Assembly (NCBI GenBank): GCA_024693545.1
Contig: JAILKT010000060.1
Coordinates: 32,723-96,722 of the forward strand
Length of the DNA: 64,000 nt
DNA from: Lachnospiraceae bacterium
GTDB lineage: Bacteria > Bacillota > Clostridia > Lachnospirales > Lachnospiraceae
Direction: 5' to 3'
Shown: piece by piece, positions 44,511 through 51,688 of the stretch
Layout: every line of letters begins with the position of its first letter
Numbering within the stretch: position 1 is the first letter of the stretch
Position numbers and translations under genes: made by a program
The notes under the pieces: generated by a model
What the model saw: only the letters and a program-made list of their open reading frames with translations
Told to the model about the DNA's origin: nothing
Databases searched by the model: none

Positions 44511-44873
44511 TTATCCCTCTCGAGTAAAATTTACCGGTACCTCAAAAGTCTTGCCACAATCGGGACATACAACCGTCATAACAGGCAGTTCAACATCATT
44601 TATCTTCTGATACATATCCTGCAGAAAAGCAAGGTCTGCCGTAAAAAGCCTTTCTATTACCGTTGCTGAGACAGCAGCTATTCCTTCGATTTCGGTTACT
44701 ACCTTACCAAGGATCGCAATCGTCAGATATGACGGATTCGAAAGAACTCTGGGGTCTCTCGTTGCATTTATTTCATCGCCTGCAGTAGCAAGCCGCATTT
44801 TTCCGAATTTATGTACTTCGCCCGCATTGTCAATATATCCCTTGGGCAATTCAAAATCATAAACAGTCTGCAT
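44511..44873 (-). CDS. tail assembly chaperone, P2 gpE-like, with a C-terminal CPDCG zinc-ribbon-like end
   Basis: DFELPKGYIDNAGEVHKFGKMRLATAGDEINA...LTIAILGKVVTEIEGI...IERLFTADLAFLQDMYQKIN resembles the gpE-type chaperone. It lies directly after the tube gene. Confidence 0.65.
   Translation of the reverse strand: MQTVYDFELPKGYIDNAGEVHKFGKMRLATAGDEINATRDPRVLSNPSYLTIAILGKVVTEIEGIAAVSATVIERLFTADLAFLQDMYQKINDVELPVMTVVCPDCGKTFEVPVNFTREG
44526..44532 (-). promoter_or_regulatory. candidate -1 programmed ribosomal frameshift slippery heptamer A_AAT_TTT
   Basis: In the zero frame GT[A AAT TTT] ACT, 4 codons before the chaperone stop. It lies inside the only window (after the last -1-frame TGA) from which the -1 frame reads through into the 53-codon ORF. 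Confidence 0.5.
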
Positions 44874-44900
44874 TTTCTACCTCCCCTTCATACCGCCTCA

Positions 44901-44923
44901 AGGGAGTCAATATGAGACTCCCT
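44901..44923 (-). other. stem-loop downstream of the major tube gene
   Basis: 8-bp stem AGGGAGTC/GACTCCCT with a 7-nt loop in the 122-nt gap. No U-tract follows. Confidence 0.4.
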
Positions 44924-44995
44924 CGAAAGCGCATATGTTAACATTTTTCCAACTGTATCTTTCTTATCTTTATCTGCATATCTCGAACAGCGATA

Positions 44996-45511
44996 TCAGT
45001 TAGGAATTACAAGTTCTTCATAAGCAAGTTCTACCGACTCGATAGCAACTTCCGATGTTGACGCATTAAGGTCAGCTCCCGAGTACTTAGCTACCCATGC
45101 ATTGGTGAGAAGCCATACTCTGGTTCCCGTTACGGCGGTTACAGCCTGATTAGGTGCTCCGCCATTTATATCAATAAGTTCGATCTGAACATTATTTCTG
45201 GGCATCTGACCTCTCACTTCCGAAACACATTCCTGTATCCATGTCTTGAACGCACTGTCAAGCGTATAACCGAATTTAAGTGTTACATTTCCGTGCTTAA
45301 CAAGTCCGGGTATTTTCACGGGTGCAAGACTGTGAGCATTTCCCTGACGGAATTCGATTACGTCAACAGATGCTTCAACTCCCGTTACTTCACTAAATGC
45401 AGCCGTTCCCTGTATCCCGTTTACCGATACAAGAAAGTTCATTTTGGTTAAGGGATAAGAAAGGCCATTCCCATTTTCATATGTTGTTGCAGTGGGTTGT
45501 GATTCTGCCAT
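44996..45511 (-). CDS. major tail tube protein (T4 gp19 / Afp1-like)
   Basis: MNFLVSVNGIQGTAAFSEVTGVEASVDVIEFRQGN...KIPGLVKHGNVTLKFG is the tube family signature. Confidence 0.88.
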   Translation of the reverse strand: MAESQPTATTYENGNGLSYPLTKMNFLVSVNGIQGTAAFSEVTGVEASVDVIEFRQGNAHSLAPVKIPGLVKHGNVTLKFGYTLDSAFKTWIQECVSEVRGQMPRNNVQIELIDINGGAPNQAVTAVTGTRVWLLTNAWVAKYSGADLNASTSEVAIESVELAYEELVIPN

Positions 45512-45531
45512 AATCTAGTTCTCCTTTCAAA

Positions 45532-47223
45532 TTATTCTTCTGAGCCACCGGCTTCGGCAGTGTGCTGGGTTACTCTGAAGATAACAAATTCCGCGGGTTT
45601 GGAAGGTGCTATTCCGATGTTACATATAAGTCTTCCGTTATCAATATCATCACGGCTCATCGTACTGGGACCGATTTCAACAAAGAACGCTTCTGCCGGC
45701 GATCCGCCCGCAAGCATACCGTTTCTCCACATATTCGAGAGGAACGATGAGATCGTTACGCTGACTCTGTTCCAAAGCGTTGAATCATTGGGCTCAAATA
45801 CAACCCAGTTTGTATTTCTCTTGATACTCTCTTCAACGTATATGAAGAGACGTCTTACGTTGACATACTTAAATGCCGAATTGGAGCTTGCTGTTCTTGC
45901 ACCCCAAACGCGTATGCCTTGTCCCGGAAGAATGCGGATAAGGTTGATTCCCTCAGGATTGAGGATATCCTGCTCTGCCTGGGTATAGTTAACCTTAAGA
46001 CCTGTGCAGGCAACAGTTTCGTTTGCGGGAGCCTTATGAACGCCACGCTCGATATCCGTTCTTGAATAAACACCCATTATAGCTCCCGACGGAGGAATAA
46101 ATCCGGGCTTATTGGATGAACGATCGAACATCTGGATCCAAGGATGATACATAGCTGCATATGTCGAATCGATAATACCGCGATATTCGATGAGATCTTT
46201 TGTCTTTGTCATATCTTTGGGCATATCAAGGACTGCAAATCTGCTCTTTAAACGTTCACAGTGTGCGACAAGTTCAACCACTACCTCCGGCATTGTGATC
46301 CCGGGTACTGCCATCATGCTTACAATTGAATTTTCAATAAACGATTTGATACCTGTTCGTTTTGTAGGTCCTTCATCCTTACCGATGAAAGTCTGAGGTC
46401 CTACCTTAGAAACAGATCCGTCACTTCCGCCTGCAAGAGTAAGTATTGAAGGCTCATCCTTGCCAAATATCTCGGCAATGGGATTCTCTGTCTTAGGTGC
46501 GTCAACCGTAATCTTAACAAGATCACTCTTATCAAACTTAGAAGCGATGAAATTGGGGGAAGTGGGATTAAAATTAAATCCTGAGTAGTTCTCTACTTCA
46601 TCGTTATATCTTACCTGTGCTTCATATTCTACAAGGCAAAGGAATGTCTTCGGAATAAGATCGGTATCAACGATATTAGCCTTGAAGGGCTTTGCAAATG
46701 TTACAAGACCATCGCTCACAGATGTGATCTTGTTGTACTCGCCATCGCATACCACAATGTCACCCTCTTTGAATCCGTCAGAATTCTTAGCGGTATAAAC
46801 ATCCCCGTTCTTTGCAATGATCTGAAGCTTTTTCTTTGCAAAGGAAACGATCGAAAACTGAATCTTGTTTCCCCATTTACCTTCGTTGGCTGCCGTAACG
46901 GAGAGTATTCCCTTCTTTAACGTTGCACACTTTGCATCATCGGGAACTACTCTGGCAACATAACATCTTGTTCCTCCGTTGAGAAAGAACTGTTCTACAC
47001 TGTTGGCGAGATATCTGTACTCTCCGAAAACAAATTCGGAAAGGAATCCGCCAAACTGCTTTGTAAAGCTTGAAAAACTTGTTACAAGTGCAGGAGCCCC
47101 CTCAACCTGACCTCTTTCGGCAAGTCCGACAAAGCCTGCAGTACTTGTACCGGCGCCTTCAATAGAGCGCGGCGAATTGTCATACTCCTCTACATAAACA
47201 CCGGGTGATAAGTATTCTCCCAT
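45532..47223 (-). CDS. contractile tail sheath protein
   Basis: The N-terminus MGEYLSPGVYVEEYDNS...GTSTAGFVG and the C-terminus GINLIR..PGQGIRVWGART...KYVNVRRLFIYVEESI are canonical sheath motifs. The start is moved to the ATG at 47223 after AAAGGAGAA. Confidence 0.92.
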   Translation of the reverse strand: MGEYLSPGVYVEEYDNSPRSIEGAGTSTAGFVGLAERGQVEGAPALVTSFSSFTKQFGGFLSEFVFGEYRYLANSVEQFFLNGGTRCYVARVVPDDAKCATLKKGILSVTAANEGKWGNKIQFSIVSFAKKKLQIIAKNGDVYTAKNSDGFKEGDIVVCDGEYNKITSVSDGLVTFAKPFKANIVDTDLIPKTFLCLVEYEAQVRYNDEVENYSGFNFNPTSPNFIASKFDKSDLVKITVDAPKTENPIAEIFGKDEPSILTLAGGSDGSVSKVGPQTFIGKDEGPTKRTGIKSFIENSIVSMMAVPGITMPEVVVELVAHCERLKSRFAVLDMPKDMTKTKDLIEYRGIIDSTYAAMYHPWIQMFDRSSNKPGFIPPSGAIMGVYSRTDIERGVHKAPANETVACTGLKVNYTQAEQDILNPEGINLIRILPGQGIRVWGARTASSNSAFKYVNVRRLFIYVEESIKRNTNWVVFEPNDSTLWNRVSVTISSFLSNMWRNGMLAGGSPAEAFFVEIGPSTMSRDDIDNGRLICNIGIAPSKPAEFVIFRVTQHTAEAGGSEE

Positions 47224-47240
47224 CTTTTTATGTTCTCCTT

Positions 47241-47627
47241 TCAAAGATTTACTTTTGTTTGTCCGGGTGAGGCGATCTGTATCACGCCTCCGTACCCACA
47301 ACTAAGCTGGCAGCCTGCTGTCAAGCACACGCTTCCACCTAATGATACGTTTGTCTTTTCCGCTGTCCACGTTCCTGCAATAACCGGCATACACGGTGCC
47401 GGCGTCGGTACTCCAAATGCTGCCGCAGTTGCAGCTGCAACTGCAGGATTGCTTTGAGATGTACACGCCGGGAACGGCGGAATGTTGGTAATCGGCGAGC
47501 AGTCATTGATCGTCGCCACCGGAGCTCCCGATGTTACAGAACTAGCCTGAGCCGATGTGATCAATGTCGATGTCCCGATAGCAAATGGACATGTGAGCGT
47601 AGCCCCCGCCTTAACAATTACTCCCAT
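47241..47627 (-). CDS. DUF4280 (PAAR-like) protein
   Basis: MGVIVKAGATLTCPFAIG...INDCSPITNIPPFPACTS...PAPCMPVIAGTWT...CQLSCGYGGVIQIASPGQ matches the DUF4280 Cys/Gly pattern. The start is moved to the ATG at 47627 (GGAGGTG upstream), 1 nt after the previous stop. Confidence 0.82.
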   Translation of the reverse strand: MGVIVKAGATLTCPFAIGTSTLITSAQASSVTSGAPVATINDCSPITNIPPFPACTSQSNPAVAAATAAAFGVPTPAPCMPVIAGTWTAEKTNVSLGGSVCLTAGCQLSCGYGGVIQIASPGQTKVNL

Positions 47628-47628
47628 A

Positions 47629-48396
47629 CTATTCCGTTTCCACCTCCGTTTCCTTCTCACTGCCAATCTCAAATGCTTTTGCTGTGTTGAGTTCGTTTGG
47701 TCTCACATCATGCATCTCAACCTTTTGGAAGTATTCGCGATCATCGATCACATATCTGACGAGTACTTCGATCGTGTCCGCATCGTCTCTCACTTTCAGA
47801 AGATAGCCCCCGTCTTCCGAGGTACTTCCCTGAATGATCCTTTCGATCGGATCATTGATCCCCGGAGTTCTCCGCAGAGGTTCTGCCGGTCTGATCGTCC
47901 TGATCCCGTCCTCTTCACTGACGTATATGGGCTCAAAGCTTTTTCTGTCCGCATCGAGGATCCCGTACTCGTGATATCTCATAATCAGATTGTGAGGATT
48001 GAACAGCGTAATAATGTTTTTTCTGGCATCATAGCTGTTGACAAAGCAGCTCGGTGTTACCAGTCTTACCGCACACAGTGAGCTGACTCCTTTCAAAGTC
48101 CCCTCAAGAGAAAGTGCATTTTTAGGCATCAGCCAGATCAACTTTTCAGGAATTCTTTCATCAAGTTCACCGTAATCGATCGAGGTCTTTTTTGCTTCAT
48201 ATCCGTAGATGTCTGTAGTAAGCTCAAAGCCTTCCCTTCCCGCATTTACAAGAAAATAGACTCCTCCACCCTTATCCGCCATGCGCATAGGAACTCCATC
48301 TCTTGCGAAAGAAGTATTCTTTTCGTCGATCGGTCTGCCCGTCGAGGCATCAATAAGTCTGATAACCAGATCAAGCTTATGATTTATTATTGCCAT
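47629..48396 (-). CDS. hypothetical protein (possible PEGA/CarboxypepD_reg-like beta-sandwich repeats)
   Basis: 255 aa. It overlaps the DUF4255 gene by 20 nt. Only weak motif resemblance. Confidence 0.45.
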   Translation of the reverse strand: MAIINHKLDLVIRLIDASTGRPIDEKNTSFARDGVPMRMADKGGGVYFLVNAGREGFELTTDIYGYEAKKTSIDYGELDERIPEKLIWLMPKNALSLEGTLKGVSSLCAVRLVTPSCFVNSYDARKNIITLFNPHNLIMRYHEYGILDADRKSFEPIYVSEEDGIRTIRPAEPLRRTPGINDPIERIIQGSTSEDGGYLLKVRDDADTIEVLVRYVIDDREYFQKVEMHDVRPNELNTAKAFEIGSEKETEVETE

Positions 48397-48994
48397 TCAG
48401 TAGCATCTCCCTCCTTTCCTGTTGCGTCTGCAGGTTAATGGTTGCATCCGTTACAATCGGGGTATTGATCATGATCTCGCTGGACAAGAATACCGGAGCC
48501 ACCTTATAAAAAAGGCTTACCTGATAAGGCTTGTTGATAGCGGACCAAACCCTGACCTTTTCCTCAAGTGAGATCTTCGATTGAGAAAACACTATCGGAG
48601 GTTCCGGGGTATCAAGCCACGGCTGTAACTCGGTTGGAAGCACCGAAGCGTTGTCATTTACTATCTGTGCAACCCTACCCACGATTTTTTGTATATCCGG
48701 TGCCTCAAGACCCATCTGGGTAGCACCGTTTACAAAAACCATATATTCAAGCGTATATGGCTTTGGCGGCTTAACCAGTTGCACCCTTCCCCTTCTTAAA
48801 AATTCGGGTCGGGTAACATCGGAGCAATCCTTTATGTCGTAAAGATAAACTCCGAGAAGGTAATCAACATCCTGCGATGCAGGAGATGAAACCTGAATGT
48901 TTCCGGCCGAAGGAATCGGCTCCGGACACATTTTTTCCCTAAACATTTTACAAAGATGATTGCTGACATCTGCAATTATCGAATAATCTGCCAT
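48377..48994 (-). CDS. DUF4255 / Pvc16-Afp16 N-domain-like tail terminator (cap) protein
   Basis: The N-terminus MADYSIIADVSNHLCKMFREKM...IQVSSPASQDVDYLLGVYLYDIKD is typical of DUF4255. Confidence 0.8.
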   Translation of the reverse strand: MADYSIIADVSNHLCKMFREKMCPEPIPSAGNIQVSSPASQDVDYLLGVYLYDIKDCSDVTRPEFLRRGRVQLVKPPKPYTLEYMVFVNGATQMGLEAPDIQKIVGRVAQIVNDNASVLPTELQPWLDTPEPPIVFSQSKISLEEKVRVWSAINKPYQVSLFYKVAPVFLSSEIMINTPIVTDATINLQTQQERREMLLNGNNKS

Positions 48995-49015
48995 AGTACT
49001 CCGTTCATCCTTTCA

Positions 49016-51688
49016 TCAGGTGGGAAGAGACGCTGTCACAATACTGTCGTAAAGGGCCTCTGCAAGCGTTAATATTTCCTCGTCCGCACATACGGCCAGT
49101 AAATTGTCCGTGAGGTAATAAGCTTCCCAACCGAATGTAGTTTTGCAATAATCTTCTTCAACAAATACATCACCTCTGAAGACAGTCTGTGTTGCCAGCT
49201 CATCCTCACTGTTTTCGGGTCGGTCAACAACAGTGCTGAATTGCCTGAACTCATAAAAATCTTTGTCTCCCCTTGTGAGGGTAACCCTGTGGACGCTGTT
49301 ATCGAAGAGATATCTGTATCCGACACAAACGGAAAGTGTATATAACGGGATATATTCCGCTATACCTTTGTATTGTTCGTAAAAGTATATATTTCCCTGT
49401 CTCATGAATCTGCCGGCAAGTTCAGCGACAAGATCCTTCACAGCTTTGTTGCCTGTAAAAATCGCATATTTGTCAAGAGCGATCACCGCACTCGCCTGAG
49501 CTTTGTCCGGAAGGCTGCTAAGCGGTCCTCCGAGCAGATTTTCAAGAAGTGATAAAAGCGCATCCGGATCAATATTTCCTTCCAAAAGCACCGATGTGTC
49601 GGCGATCAGACCGGAAACATCATCAAGAATACCCGAAAGCTGATCTCCAAGACCGTTACCGCTTCCGTCTCCAAGCTCACTGCCCGTTCCGTCTCCTGTT
49701 CCGTCTCCTGTTCCATCCCCGGTTCCGTCCCCGGTTCCATCCCCGGTTCCGTCCCCGGTTCCGTCTCCTGTTCCGTCTCCCGAAGAATCTCCCTTCGAAG
49801 CATCTGCGGCATTTTCAGCATCTATCTTTATTGCCAATGCATCGGAAAGATCTCCGAGTGCATCAGTAACGGCATTGGGATACAAACCCGAAAGCGCACT
49901 CAGCGCATTAATTGCATCCTTAAGTCCACTAACATCACCTGAGTTAAGGCTATCAAGCGCATCACTCAGCGCATCATTTACGCTGCTTGTATCGCCTCCA
50001 AGAGCATCTATTCTGCTGTCAAGTTCCGCAATCTTGGCATCGGCTTTATTTGCTCCGTTAAGATCGTTTTTGTCATTACACGTGAGTTTTTCAAGGATTG
50101 CCTCTTCTTTTTCGGTCAAAAGACCTTCAAGTTCCGAACCACCCATTGAGGCAAGAACTTCCGCCTTCTTCTTTTCAAGCCATTCCTTATATTCCTGTAT
50201 GCTCTGAAGTGCAACCGGTCTGAATTCATCGTCCTGAGGTTTACGTTTGATAACCTCAACACCGTCTATAAGCTCTCCGAGGAACTCTACCGCCACTTCG
50301 GGCTCTTCCCTATTGACAGCCGATTCGATAAAGAACTGTAATTCTCCTCTTTCGACATTTGCCTCGTTGATCTGGTCTTTAAGGAGCTTGTTCAAACGGG
50401 CGACAGTCGTGTTTTCGTTTCTTGCTTCTTTCTTATACTGAGCCGATGTTCCTGCCCCGAGCTCATCCTGATATCTCTTCATGGAAGTGGGTATCAGATC
50501 GCTTGTGAGCATATCGTCCTCTGCCACAAGATCGACACCGTCCGGACTTTCTTCAATATTACTGAGGATCACAAGCTTTTTTACAGCTGCTTCCGCGTCC
50601 TTGTCTTTTCCCGCCGATGCCGAATCACTCATTTTCTTCATGTTTTCGCCCTGTCTTATCGAAAGGACCGTTGTTCCGCCACCGATAATATTACCGCTGT
50701 TTGTTGCTATTGTATCAGAAACACTTGCAGTTGAATTGGTTACCGCCGTGACAAGCATCTCCGTTGTAATATATCTGTATTCGTCGCTGTCTTCTTCCTC
50801 TTCACCATTTTCCTCATCATCTGCCGGATCAGAAGGCGTAAATTCATAGTCACAAAGTCTGAGTGCATCCTCAGGCGAAACATATCCGACTCTGCTCTTA
50901 CCGTTAAAAGCATTTGAAAGCAGCTCCACATACGGCGAAATATTGTTCATTATATATACTTCACGCTGCGAATTTATGCTTTTCTGAGCCTTCTGTATAA
51001 AAGCGAGCTCATTTGCCGGAGCATCGTTTGCCGCCTGTGCCTCATAAAACCTCTGAAGCGAATCGAGTGCTTCATCACATGCATCCGTATCCGGACTGTG
51101 CGCAGCCGGGCCGGCATAATCGTAAAACGATTTTATAAAGTTGTAGTTATATTCATCAAGATCCTGAAGGTCACCCTTTTCGACAAAATTATCATACTGA
51201 TTTTTGATCGGCTGAAGTTCAACCCTCTTCATCAGATTGTAAGGATCGTCGGTATCAAAAATACTCACCGCCTGTCCGCTCAAAAGATCATATGTGATCT
51301 TATCCTTCTTTGTATGCCAGCGCAGGAACAAGCCTTCTATCTCCGATGCATCCACCGGAACACCGCCGGTCGTTATGTCTTCAACCGATGAAGCCGATGT
51401 AATGTCGTACCACTGACCTCCCGAAAGCTCGGACTTATAATACCTTTTGTCATTTCCCGAATCCGCTATCGTACTTTCGGCTTTTTTATATATTTCATCG
51501 TTAAGTGCCTTGATATGAATAAGGTGGGTTCCGATCAGTACCGTTCCCGGCTCGACATCGGCATCTTTTACGTGTGTATGCTCTTTTTCATCAAATAAAG
51601 CACGTAACGTAATCGGAACCGAGATCAAGATAACTGCAAGGATCAGCACGCCGACGGCGATCAAAGGAACTCTTTTTTTCATTTTCAC
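49016..51688 (-). CDS. large N-terminally anchored extracytoplasmic protein with acidic and coiled regions and a (GDGT)n repeat
   Basis: 890 aa with signal-anchor VPLIAVGVLILAVILISVPITL. It overlaps the upstream gene by 4 nt (ATGA-type) and ends 22 nt before the DUF4255 gene. Confidence 0.6.
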   Translation of the reverse strand: MKMKKRVPLIAVGVLILAVILISVPITLRALFDEKEHTHVKDADVEPGTVLIGTHLIHIKALNDEIYKKAESTIADSGNDKRYYKSELSGGQWYDITSASSVEDITTGGVPVDASEIEGLFLRWHTKKDKITYDLLSGQAVSIFDTDDPYNLMKRVELQPIKNQYDNFVEKGDLQDLDEYNYNFIKSFYDYAGPAAHSPDTDACDEALDSLQRFYEAQAANDAPANELAFIQKAQKSINSQREVYIMNNISPYVELLSNAFNGKSRVGYVSPEDALRLCDYEFTPSDPADDEENGEEEEDSDEYRYITTEMLVTAVTNSTASVSDTIATNSGNIIGGGTTVLSIRQGENMKKMSDSASAGKDKDAEAAVKKLVILSNIEESPDGVDLVAEDDMLTSDLIPTSMKRYQDELGAGTSAQYKKEARNENTTVARLNKLLKDQINEANVERGELQFFIESAVNREEPEVAVEFLGELIDGVEVIKRKPQDDEFRPVALQSIQEYKEWLEKKKAEVLASMGGSELEGLLTEKEEAILEKLTCNDKNDLNGANKADAKIAELDSRIDALGGDTSSVNDALSDALDSLNSGDVSGLKDAINALSALSGLYPNAVTDALGDLSDALAIKIDAENAADASKGDSSGDGTGDGTGDGTGDGTGDGTGDGTGDGTGDGTGSELGDGSGNGLGDQLSGILDDVSGLIADTSVLLEGNIDPDALLSLLENLLGGPLSSLPDKAQASAVIALDKYAIFTGNKAVKDLVAELAGRFMRQGNIYFYEQYKGIAEYIPLYTLSVCVGYRYLFDNSVHRVTLTRGDKDFYEFRQFSTVVDRPENSEDELATQTVFRGDVFVEEDYCKTTFGWEAYYLTDNLLAVCADEEILTLAEALYDSIVTASLPT
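49683..49781. repeat. in-frame 12-nt microsatellite, about 8 copies, encoding (GDGT)8
   Basis: CCGTTCCGTCTCCTGTTCCGTCTCC... with synonymous variation between units. Confidence 0.85.

Noticed and set aside
29942-48994. A (defective) myovirus prophage as the explanation for the tail genes
   Set aside because: No capsid, portal, protease/scaffold, terminase, head-tail connector, integrase, repressor, replication, holin or endolysin genes occur anywhere in the 64 kb. The DUF4255 cap and Afp15-type AAA+ ATPase are CIS markers rather than phage markers. The cluster is bounded by housekeeping operons.
36298-48994. A type VI secretion system
   Set aside because: The sheath is a single phage-type polypeptide, not TssB/TssC. 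A tape-measure-like gene and a gpE-type chaperone are present. No ClpV, TssM/L/J, TssK, TssA or Hcp-type genes are visible.
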